DNA from: Sphagnum compactum
Taxonomy: Eukaryota
DNA: 64,000 bases
Assembly: GCA_965153455.1 (NCBI GenBank)
Contig: OZ234493.1
Span: 17,412,213 to 17,476,212, forward strand
Direction of reading: 5' to 3'
The translations under genes were made by a program, and so were the position numbers. Below the pieces are notes generated by a model. The model was given only the letters and a program-made list of their open reading frames with translations. It was not told the origin of the DNA and searched no databases. Positions 10,910 to 22,496 of this stretch are shown piece by piece (position 1 is the first letter of the stretch; every line of letters begins with the position of its first letter).

Positions 10910-13900
10910 TTTGTGGACATTTTTTGTGGAGAGATTATGATATACTTGTCCATACTACTTTTGTTTTTTCACAAGCTCCGGTCTTTTACTTCTGCTTCTA
11001 GAACCAACACTAAGTTTGGTTCGAGTTCTGCCTCTAGAGTCAAGACTAAGTTTGGTTCGGGTTGCAACTACGAACCTTGTTTGGAACCCGGATCCCGATA
11101 TCAGACTGCAGCTCGAATGAGGACCCTAGTGATGTTTTGGATTCGCTGATGTATCATGAGTGCTTGTTAACATGTTTATTAAGTCTCAGATTGCTGCCAG
11201 AATAATGCAAGAGAATTAATGTAGGATGCAGATTTTGTAGAGCTGTCTGTGGACATTTTTTGCGGAGAGATTATGGTATACTTGTTCGTACTACTTTTGT
11301 TTTTTCAAAAGCACCGGCCTTTGACTTTTGCTTCTAGCACCAACACTGAGTTTCGTTTGAGTTCTGCCTCTAGACTCAAGACTGAGTTCGGTTCGGGTTG
11401 CAGCTGCGGATCTTGTTGGGAACCCGGATTCGGATATCAGACTGCAGCTCGAATGAGGACACTACCGATGTTTTGGATTAGCTAATGTATCATGAGTGCT
11501 TGTCAACATCTTTATTGAGTCTTCGGATTGCTGCCAGAATAATGCAAGAGAAATGCAGGATGTAGATTTTGTATGGCTGTTTGTGGACATTTTTTGTGGA
11601 GAGATTATGGTATACTTGTCCATACTACATTTCTTTTTTCAAAAGCTCCGCCCTCTTACTTCTGCTTCTGGAACCAACACTCAGTTTGGTTCAAATTGCA
11701 GCTGAGGATCTTGTTTTGAACCCGGATTCGGATATCAGACTACAGCTTGAATGAGGACACTAGTGATGTTTTCGATTTGCTAACGTATCATGAGTGCTTG
11801 TCAACATCTTTATTGAGTCTTCAGATTGCTGCCAGAATGATGCAGGACAAATGCTGGATGCAGATTTTGTATAGTTGTTCCTGGACATTTTTTGTGGAGA
11901 GATTATGGTATACTTGTCCATATTACTTTTGTTTTTTCAAAAGCTCCGGCCTTTTACTTCTGCTTCTAGAACCAACACTCAGTTTGGTTCGAGTTTTGCC
12001 TCTAGACTCAAGACTAAGTTTGGTTCGGGTTGCAGCTGCGAATCTTGTTTGGAACCCGGATTTGGATACCAGACTGTAGCTTGAATGAGGACCCTAGTGA
12101 TGTTTCGGATTGGCTAATGTATCATGAGTGCTTGTCAACATCTTTATTGAGTCTTTAGATTGCTGCGAGAATAATGTAAGAGAATTCATGCAGGGTGCAC
12201 ATTTTGTATAGCTGTTTGTGGACATTATTTGTGGAGAGATTATGGTGTACTTTTCCATACTACTTTTGTTTTTTCAAAAGCTCCGGCCTTCTACTTCTGC
12301 TTCTGGAACCAACACTGAGTCTGGTTCGAGTTCTACCTCTAGGTTCAGGACTAAGTTTGGTTCGGGTTGCAGCTGAGGATCTTGTTTTGAACTCGGATTC
12401 GGATATCAGACTGCAGCTCGAATGAGGACCCTAGTGATTTTTTGGATTGGCTAATGTATCATGAATGCTTGTCAACATCTTTATTGAGTCTCAGGTTGCT
12501 GCCAGAATAATGCAAGAGAAATGCAGGATGCAGATTTTGTATAGCTGTTTGTGGACATTTTTTGTGGAGAGGTTATGGTATACTTGTCCATACTACATTT
12601 TTTTTTTCAAAAGCTCTGGCCTTCTGACTTCTGCTTCTAGAACCAACGCTAAGTTTGGTTCGAGTTCTGCTTTTAGACTCAAGACTAAGTTTGGTTCGGG
12701 TTGCAGCTGCGGATCTTGTTTGGAACCCGGATTTGGATACCAGACTGCAGCTTGAATGAAGACCCTCGTGATGTTTCGGATTGGCTAATGTATCATGAGT
12801 GTCGCACTCTCAAGTTCCGGGTAGACCCACTTGAGGGTCTAGGTATATGGCAATGCGGAAGGAGTTGGAACTTGGAGCACGATCCCGACTTCCAGCACTA
12901 GAGGGGGGGTAAGAGGGGCGTGCTAGAAGTCCCGGGAAAGACTAGGAAGAGTTGACAAGCTTTACTCACTCACACGGGCCTGCATGAAACCACACAAAGT
13001 GGTTAGAACTCATTCTGGGTCCTTTTGGTGTTGGGACAGCCACGGGTGAACTCGGACTCACTTTGACACACTACACCCCGGGCTCGGGAGTAAGCCACCA
13101 CCTTACTCCCTATAGTATACTCTGTGACTCGTCGCGGGGGTGGCATCCAAATGGCCTTTTTGTCCCGGGACTCCCGCGTGGGGGTCCCGAAATCGCGCAA
13201 CTTTGGACTCCCGCGACTTTGAAGCCTCATAACTTTCGGAGCAGACCTCCGATTGAGTTGCCGTCTGAAGCAAAGTTGTAGGTCTCGTCAAGACCTTTCC
13301 AACGGTAAGTCGCACGTTTTCTGCAGCCAAGTATTTCGGGTCGATTCCCGACTTTTAGTGGTCGGGAGTCAAAACTGGCGGACTCCCGGGAGTTCGACTC
13401 CCGGGCCTTCTTTTGGCCATAACTTGTGTTTCAGATGTCCAAATGAGCAATGCGAGCCCATTTTAGACATCTACACTTCAAGAGCTTTCCATTGATATAA
13501 AGACTGCAGCTCGAATGAGGACCCTAGTGATGTTTTGGATTGGCTAATGTATCATGAGTGCTTGTCAACATCTTTATAGAGTCTTAGGTTGCTGCCAGAA
13601 TAATGCAAGAGAAATGCAGGATCCAGATTTTGTAGAGCTGTTTGTGGACATTTTTTGTGGAGAGATTATGGTATACTTGTCCATACTACATTTGTTTTTT
13701 CAAAAGCTCCGGCCTTTGACTTCTGCTTCTACCACCAACACTGAGTTTGGTTCGAGTTCTGCCTCTAGATTCAAGACTAAGTTTGGTTCGGGTTGCAGCT
13801 GCGGATCTTGTTTGGAACCCGGACTCGGATATCAGACTGCAGCTTGAATGAGGACACTAGTGATGTTTCGGATTGGCTAATGTATCATGAGTGCTTATCA

Positions 13901-14505
13901 ACATCTTTATTGAATCTTCGGATTGTTGCCAGAATAATGTAAGAGAAATGCAGGGTGCAGATTTTGTAAAGCTGTTTGTGGACATTTTTTGTGAAGAGAT
14001 TATGGTACTCTTGTCCATACTACATTTGTTTTTTCGAAAGCTCCGGCCTTTTTCCTTCTGCTTCTAGAACGAACATTAAGTTTTGTTCGAGTTCTACTTC
14101 TAAACGCAAGAATAAGTTTGGTTCGGGTTGCAGCTGCGGATCTTGTTTTCAACCCGGATTTGGATATCAGACTGCAGCTTGAATGGGGACTCTACGGATG
14201 ATTTGGATTCGCTAATGCATCATGAGTGCTTGTGAACATCTTTATTGAGTCTTCAGATTGCTGCTAGAATAATGCAGGAGAAATGCTGGATGAGGATTTT
14301 GTATAGCTATTTGTGGACATTCTTTTTGGAGAGGTTATGGTATATTTGTCCATACTACTTTTGTTTTCTCAAAAGCTCCGGCCTTTCACTTCTGCTTCTA
14401 GAACCAGCACTGAGTTTGGCTCAAGTTATGCTTCGAGACTCAAGAGTAAATTTGGTTCGGGTTGCAGCTGCGGATCTTGTTTTGAACCCGGATTCGAATA
14501 TCGGA
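10910..14505. repeat. Tandem array of ~335 bp units (9 copies), interrupted by an LTR fragment
   Basis: TGGACATT..TGTGGAGAGATTATGG unit starts at ~10913, 11249, 11583, 11883, 12219, 12551, 13644, 13978, 14313. Confidence 0.95.
12800..13500 (-). mobile_element. Truncated LTR related to the solo LTR at 45299-46117, in opposite orientation
   Basis: Begins TGTCGCAC. The reverse complement resembles 45437-46117 (GGACATCTG...CAAGTTATGG.CAAAAGAA; CCATTTGGATG; TCAAGTGGGT). The other end is missing. Confidence 0.8.
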
Positions 14506-15571
14506 CTCGGAGAAGGTTGTTTGACTTCTCCCAGGGTTTACATTGATCTCATATCTTGGATATCATAATCGTATTGAAAGCACAACAGTTTCAGAAAGTC
14601 ACCGTTTATCCTCCTCCAACTTCGACCGAAGTTCTGGACACCTTGCTTTGGCAACACAAACAGAGATAGGTTTTGAGTATTCAGAGCATGCATAGTGTCT
14701 ACATTTCAGCTGATTGCTTGTCTTTCTTGGAGTTTTCTTCTCGTGCTGCCAGCCTGGGAGGACGAGTTTCTCGGAATGGACGATGTGTTTTTCAGGACTT
14801 TTGTTCACAATAGTTGCAACGAGATTTGTTTCTCAGTTATGAGTGAGTGTTTCGACTACTTTGGAGTGGTCGGGTGCTCTTTTCGTACAACAATTGCTGG
14901 GGGTTGGTGCAGGTCGTTGGGTTCGTTTATAGCTCTGAGCTATGTGCATCATGTGGATTGTGCTCACATCAATTCCTCCGAGAAGGTTGACGACCCTTGT
15001 TCATGATCTGCAAGGTCATTTCTGTAACTACCAAGACAGCTGATAGAAGGACCGGTCTCAATTAGTCAACGGCCAGGAAGAAGATTTGAAACCTGTATGT
15101 TATATGAACTAGGAAAAATGTGGATTTCTGAAAGTACCCAATTGTGCATGGATATGGCGGGTAAGTCAACTTACGGGGAAGGCAGAGGTCACATTTGCAG
15201 AGCGTTTCACGTCCGGTAATCAGCAACAGGCCATGGCAGCATCGAGACCAATTCACCGAATAGCCCCTCACAGTCCGACGTATTTACCGGGTATGATAAA
15301 AATGATTACCATCATCGAACATGCGTTTGCATTTTTAGTGGTTTTGTATGGAGGCATCCCTTTCACCTTAAAGAGCCAAATCCCAGTGCATAAATTGTTG
15401 TTGTCGGTGCAAAAGGGGTTGATACATTCATAAGGCGAGAAGCATCAGAGCCTCTAATGTTGTGTTGCGGTCGTATTACTTACGGGAAATTTGAAGCTCA
15501 TTGAGATGCGCCGTAGATTTCTGGTGTACAATTGTGAGTCCTAAATTCTGGTTCCATCTTGCTCTTGCGCA

Positions 15572-16136
15572 GGGTTTTCCACCGGGCGTTCATCGATACT
15601 GATCTTAGCATTTAATTTGGCGGCATACTACAACTAGGTGGGGATTACGGAAAGATAAAATATTTGACTTGTTTGCGGACCATTTTCTTAACTTTCAGGC
15701 ACTATCTTATTCCCTTACTCGCGTTGATTTATCCTCTCTACCGACCAATTCACTCAGGGACAATCACCAAATGTTTTGTTTAGGAAGGCAATTTGTAGCT
15801 TTCCTTTCGAAGGTGGACGCTGATAGATAGTCCGAACGTTCCTCTCCTCTGGCGTGCGCGGTCTGATGGGTGCACAGCTCGGTGGCGCTGGTGCTCATCC
15901 ATATGTACATGTATGGATGGAACCTGTACATGCGGAAGCGTGCTCGCATGGACTACACCTTCATCTTCGAGTTTTCCCGTGGTTCCGAGCTTCACTGTGA
16001 GGAAGCCCTCCTAGTCTGCACAGCACTAACCATTGCGCTTATAGGAGCTACGGTGATGCATTTGAGCATCCGTTCAATGTTGTTTCATGCACAAGCATCC
16101 GCTGATGTTGACCTCATTCTTGTGGCAGTTACGTCG
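15572..16136 (+). pseudogene. PHO1/EXS-family phosphate exporter exon fragments
   Basis: Exon 15878-~16136: SVALVLIHMYMYGWNLYMRKRARMDYTFIFEFSRGSELHCEEALLVCT (PHO1-type LH..YG.N.Y.W...RINY.FIFE); weak upstream exon GFSTG at 15572; rest of gene absent. Confidence 0.75.
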
Positions 16137-17968
16137 GTCGGTTGCAAAATTGGATATCCTCACGTTCTGAAGAGCAAATTTGGCTCGAAAGACTTCCAAA
16201 CCAGATTTTGCTCTAGACCAGCCGAATGCAACGCATCTTGCCTCATCATCGTATGTATAGGACTTGGAAACACTTCCTCATGGGTCAATTCCGGGGCGTC
16301 CCACGGTTTCAATGAATTGCAATAGAGTTGCCACCCGTGTTACGTCTATGGCGGTCGTTCGGCGTTTGATTCATTTTCCTTCCTTGCACCCCCTTAGGAA
16401 GGTTTGCTCCTTGCGACTCACACGCAATATTTTCACCAATTGATGGTCGGTCGGTCTAAATGACTAACGAATGGGTGACGTACTCTATGCTGACTGGTTC
16501 CTTCTGAACAAATTTTGTCACATGATTGATTCGTGATGAAGCTCGTAAGCTGGCAAAGTCGCTGGATCTGGCAGTAAACCTAGGATAAATCAGAAATCAT
16601 GTACTTGGGACGATGTTGAATTCGTTACAGGCAACGGTATCCATATCGAGAGCGAAAGTCTTGATTACTAAGATAGGACATTTGTCCGAGTAGACAAAGT
16701 AGTCATCGGATCGATGTTTTGGAACTTCAATTCGTCGGCATGTTTCTTCACATGTTCCTCAGATATCTGGAGCTTGCTGCAGAAGAAATGCAATGTTATT
16801 TTTTATCGTGTAATGTTCTATGCAGATGTTAAAACTTTGTGAGTTAGACCAAATTTCAATTTTGGACGAAGTGGTAGTTGGTGCGTGAACCATGTGGCTT
16901 GCAATCATGGGGAATTGCGGCGGAGGTTTGAACCAAGGTGTTCTAAACCGTCGCGGAGGCTCTAGGTGCCCGACGTTGCCTGCATGAAGTTTTGTAATTC
17001 CATAACATGAGTCGTGCTTCTGTTCGACCGGGTTTTAGGGTGCGCCTTGTGAATCGGGTCAGTGGAAACATTCTCCGACGGATAGCACTGTTTATGGATG
17101 ATGTAACCCTCGGTATTGATTATCGTTCGTTAAACCTGAGATACGGACACAAAGTTTTTCCCTACATGTTGTTGCGATGTCATATGTCTTGCAACCCACG
17201 GTGCGCCCTGGGCAATTTACGGATGCTTTTGCTGCGATGTGCCCATAACACGTTTACGACGCCATAAGTTCCACGGTGAATACGACATAGACTTACTGTG
17301 GAACGTCCTATTTGCAATTGTGTCGTTTGAACCCTAATACAATACATCTTGTTAGTAGACAGCTGCAATCTGCATTGCGCGACGGTGATCAATCGAGTGC
17401 AACATGATTCGTCAAAGAAACAAACATGCAGTCGTGTCTAAAATGAATGAAGGTTGCGTACCCTGGGAAACTTAAAATCCTAGGGATAATCTGTGAAACT
17501 TGGCTGAGTCTGATGGAGAGCGGATCAAACCGATGACCCCGAGTCATTCCTCGCAAACTAAATGTGACTGGCATTGACTCGAACTACTTCTCGTTGCTTA
17601 TCTCCGTTGATGTTTGTTTGGGCAGTCCGGTGGCTGAACTCTTGGGCTCGCATAACACCGAGGAAGAAGTAGCCCACTACCGAAATCATGCACGAGTTCC
17701 TTGGGCTCTTTACCCTGGGCTCGATCCATCGAGTTTTGTTTTTCCTTTCTTATCGTCTTTGTTCTCGTCGCACCCCTGGCTTAGTACAGCCGGAACCCTG
17801 GCTGCTTCAAGTCGTATTCTCGGCCTTCCTATCGTGTGTGCTGTGATCGTTGCGGCGGGCATGAACCTTGCAAGCCTGCGTTCAAATCTGCGGAGAGATA
17901 AAAACAACGATCAAAAAACACTTACGCTTCATAAATTATTTCTCGTTTTGTGGTTATTATTGAAGAAC

Positions 17969-18770
17969 AAGGCTATTCGAAAATAAAACAAAATAGCCTG
18001 AGAAATTGAAAAATGAAAAATAAATAAATAAATAAAAAGGAAAAAAAGAATCATCAGAAAAAATATTAGTAATCTTTTTCGTTCTGTGGAAATGAAATTT
18101 CACTTTCTAATTATTATTTAGAAAACCTTTTTGAAAAAAAATTGAAAAAGAAAAGGATGCAAAAAACACAAAGAAACCTTAAGACCGAAACAAAAAAAAG
18201 ATAAAAAAATGGGGATCTTATATTCTTATATAGTAAACGACGTCGTGGACGAGATGAAGCTTTCCATCCATCCATCCGTTGCGTCATCCATCTTCTCATC
18301 TGCCCGTCATCCATCCAAACACAACAAATATATATCTTAAAAAGGGACCTTAAATGTACCCATATCCCCGTCCTCCTTCCACCCTGAACCCATATATCTA
18401 GGGGTACCCATTTCCCCCTTCCCCCTCAACAATAAAAAAAAAATTAAAAAAATGCATCAAGGTGCACCCCTAAACCCCCCCCTCGCACAATCAACCCAAT
18501 ATAAACCCTGCCCCTTCTCCACAGTAAAAAGTAATTTCCTAAAACTTATGAGTAGTAAAAAAAGTAACAAAACTTACCCCTTTCACCAGTAAAAAGTAAC
18601 TTACAAAACTTACGACCAGTAAAAAAAGTAACTAAAAGTGAAAAAAGTCAACAAAAACAGCCCGGCATCGCGCGAAAACAGCCCGGCACTCCTGTGTATT
18701 TTCTCTGGTCAAACAGCCCCCAGCCCCCGGCATTACACTCGTAATGCTCCGATTACTAAGATAGTTTTAC
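17969..18770. repeat. AT-rich dispersed repeat (second copy 27038-27825), followed by ~10-bp minisatellite
   Basis: Both copies begin AGGCTATTCGAAAATAAAACAAAATAGCCT (8-bp stem) and end CATTACACTCGTAATGCTCCGATTACTAAGATAG. Confidence 0.85.
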
Positions 18771-19240
18771 CCTGCTTCACCCCACTTTACCTCACTTCAC
18801 CGTGCTTTACCCCACTTTACCCCGCTTTAACTGTCGTTTCACCCTGCGTCGCTCCGCTTTACCTCCCTTTACCTGCTTTACCCCGCTTCATCCTGATTTA
18901 TCGCGCTTTAACTCCCCCTTTACCTTGCTTCAACTCGCTTTACCCCACTTCACCGTGCTCTCCCGCACTTTAACCCCCTTTACCCCACTTTACCTCGCTT
19001 TACCCCCCTCCTCCTCCTCCCTACGCGCCCTCGATTTTTCCAAATCCTGCTTGCGATATCCCACTTTACAAAATCCGGCTTTGTCAAATCCCTCTTTGCG
19101 AAACCGCATATTCTCAATCCCGTGTTGCCCACATCGGGTTTGCCAAATCTGCCTGTTTCAAACCGGGTTTGTGAAATCTGGCTTCACGAAATCCCGGTTT
19201 CTTAAATCTGGCTTCACAAAACTCCGGTTTTTCCGAATCC
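18770..19240. repeat. Degenerate ~10-bp minisatellite (CGCTTTACCC-like)
   Basis: Repeated CCCCGCTTTA/CCCCACTTTA variants. Confidence 0.85.
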
Positions 19241-19928
19241 CAGAGCTTGCACCCTCTACTTCGCTTTCCTGTACCATCAAATGCAACACTACAAATCTGC
19301 ACCACGGTATCAGCTTCTTCGTCCACTTTGCACCTCGAGCTTTCTTAGTAAATTGAAGATGCTTTAGTGACTCCCTTCCCAGAGTTTTCTCATATCTTCA
19401 ATTCTTGCAATCTCCTACTTTGCTATACTTCTGCTTCACCTCAATTTATTACAGATCCATCCACAGCTTCTATCTGCACTCCAAACTTCACCGTTCAAAA
19501 AAGCTGCTTAGTGTTTGCACTCCAAACTTCACCGTTCAAAAAAGCTGCTTAGTGTTACCAGAATAACTGCTATTGTAATTTTTACTGCTCATGTTATTCT
19601 TAACCGAGGAGAACGTCACCCCCGTGTTGTCATCACAAATGCTCATGCAACTTCAATTTTGAATTGTGATAGGATAGCTTCACAGAATACACGAAGAATT
19701 AGTAGACCGTACGGCAAAAGGATGAGTTCGCTTCACTCCCGCCGGCAGTACTGTCCGAGCTGCATTCCTTTCAGGAGCCTATTGATTCAAAAAGATTGAA
19801 TTTCACTTCAACATGTCATTTTCTATTCAAATTGGACGTTCCAGGGAATGACTCACATAAACATTCACATTTTACCGAGCTGGGAAAGAGCCGGCAACGA
19901 ATCAAAGTTCTCGTTCCAGGTGAGAGTA

Positions 19929-20124
19929 CTACATCGTCGACTCAAATGGTAGGCAAGGCGATCTCTCAATTCATGCACCGAGAAGATGCAACCTCTGATC
20001 TAATTTCTCGTAGCCCCGGTCAACGTGACTTACTCCTTCCACGTGTGCGGTCCCCTCGGCTGCCGTACCTGCGAGGGACTAGAGCAGCTCTTGCTCTCAA
20101 ATCTGCAGCCAATACCTGTGCTCC
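19929..20124 (-). pseudogene. murA: MurA terminal exon, copy 2 (frameshift and stop)
   Basis: CTGTAG acceptor, then GAQVLAADLRARAALV/LAGTAAEGTAHVEGVSHVDRGYEKLDQRLHLLGA; matches the MurA C-terminal DLRA...HIDRGYE motifs. Confidence 0.85.
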
Positions 20125-22301
20125 CTACAGTGAACTGCACCCTGCGAAATGCAATAAACTCACCGAGTGTCTTTTGGAATTCGTTACATCCTCTCAGGAC
20201 CTGGTTCGACGTCCACTTTGGCAACATTAACAATATTCTCAAGACAAATTAGGAGGTGTCGGATGCTAACAGGCTGCTCTATCACCAAGAGAATAAATTC
20301 GGATCCGATATTAAGTCTTCCGAGCCTCTGATCTTTATTCCAATGTCCATCAGTTGTGCACGTGAATTCCACCGTCCTTGGAATGCGTGACCGGATTGCC
20401 ACCGTCGATGGTCGCAGATGCCAATTCTCGTACATAATTTTGTCGCGCGTCTGTAGACTTGGCGTTATACTTTTGATGCATCGGACTGCCAGATTCCCGA
20501 AACCTGCAAACCCTCACCGGCATGCAATATCTCAGCGATCGTGGGTTGATAATATGGAGAGATGTACATCGTGTTTAAGAGCTTCGTGTAGAAAGAGGGC
20601 GTTGATAAAGTGCTCGCCGGTTTTTTCTTTTGGGCTCTGTTGGTGTGATGCACGAGAGGTTTGTGCTCCCTCCGCTGCAAATGTCCGCGTCAAGGAGTAC
20701 ATTTTTGCGTGTCCTTCTGCGGTCCGAGGTTTCGCGATGTATCTGGAAGGATACCGTGAGTCTAATTTTTTCTAGGCTGCTCCTGATGTTCGTTCCACGT
20801 GTGGTGGTGATCATATGCCGAACTCGGTGGGTGCTACGGAGCCTGGACCGGGTGCTTGAGAATCTACGGTTGCAGGCTGAAGTGTGGTACTCCATGATTG
20901 TGGTGAATGCTCTATCCCTTTTCGCCTTGCACGGGAGTGCTTCGGTGCCTGATCATGCAACGTTCTGAATGAATTAGTAGCGTCGAAATTAATTTTACGA
21001 GGATGTCTGACCACAACTTCTTTGGGTACGGCACCGTGATCTGGAAATCGCTTATTTGATTGCATATTTAAATATATATTTTCTAAAACATCCGGGTTCA
21101 TGCATGGTTGGGTGGACCCCTTTGGGTGTCGCGCCCACCCTTTCTACCTTGCCGTTGCCATGCCCACGTCCCTTTATAGATTTCCAAATTTATTCAAATG
21201 GACTTTCTTTAAACGTCTTAACTTGAATATCTACTTGATGCACAAAATCATTTTACCAATTTGTAAAAATCGTAAAAGTCATCAGCTTTTGAAATCAACA
21301 CTTATGGATTGCGCTTCTCATTACCGTTTCTATGTGGACTCTGTTATGCTCCGTTAACTGATGGGGTGTGTGTTGGGGACTTGCAATTAGTAAAATATCA
21401 TATAAAAAAATGTACGAATAAAATAAATAATGAATTCAATCTAAAAACTATATTTATGGACTTTTAAATAACCTAATAATGACCATTTTTTCATAAGTCC
21501 ATATCATATTGGATCGAGAAATATTTTATGATTTTTTTTCTTTACGTGCTTAAATAAATATAAACTCTACGTGTGCCATCGATGATATCGAAAAATGTGG
21601 AGCAAATCGATGTAAACTAGTGTAATTTCCAAAATTTCACCGTTCTTTTTCATAAACAGGGACTTTGCTTCTGACAGATCAATCCCCCCTACCTTGCATC
21701 CTCCAGTTATTACGTACAATAAAATATCCTATTCATTTCAATATTTTAACCCCACCGAATTATATGTTTAACGATTCAGTGATACAATTTGTGGTATTTT
21801 TCGTTCCATCCACAAAAATACGCTATTTAGTCCCATTGATTATGCTTTCACCTTGTATTTTTTTTTAATTCCAAAATGATCTCATAAATGCACGATGAGA
21901 TTGTTTGAAAAATAAATGAAGAATGTGAAATACAAACGTGAAGTAATATATTGAGTATGATTCCTGAGTCCTTAATTATTCTTAATTAAAAGCTCAAATT
22001 TCTTATTGAATTCCTCCTACTACGTATGAATTAACCACTCACCTACATTAGCTTTAATATTCCTAAGCGACCTATATCCCCTCCACGTTAGTCCATGTAA
22101 GTTATATTTTTGTCCTTGAATTCTTTTTTTACTAGTAACAACTAGGGAGCCCGTTCATTCAAAAAGATTGAAATTGACTTCAACACGTCATTTTCTATTG
22201 AAATTGGACGTTCTCAGGGAGTGACTCCCATAAACATTCACATTTTACCGAGCTGGGAAAGAGCCGGCAATGAATCCAAGTTCTCGTTCTAGGTGAGAGC
22301 A

Positions 22302-22496
22302 CTACGTTGTCCGGTCCGATGGTAGGCACGGCAATCTCTGAATTGATGCACCCAGAAGATGCAACTTCTGATTTCGTTTCTCGTAGCCCCGGTCAACATG
22401 ACTTACTCCTTCCATGTGTGCGGTCCCCTCGGCTGCCGTACCTGCAAGGACTGGAGCAGCTCTTGCTCTCAAATCTGCAGCCAATACGGGTGCTCC
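22302..22496 (-). pseudogene. murA: MurA terminal exon, copy 3 (acceptor AG>AC)
   Basis: GAPVLAADLRARAAPVLAGTAAEGTAHMEGVSHVDRGYEKRNQKLHLLGASIQRLP. Confidence 0.85.

Noticed and set aside
10850-14568. Repeated small Cys-rich ORFs (GCSCGSC) resembling metallothionein
   Set aside because: Translations of the satellite unit with inconsistent starts, stops and frames among copies
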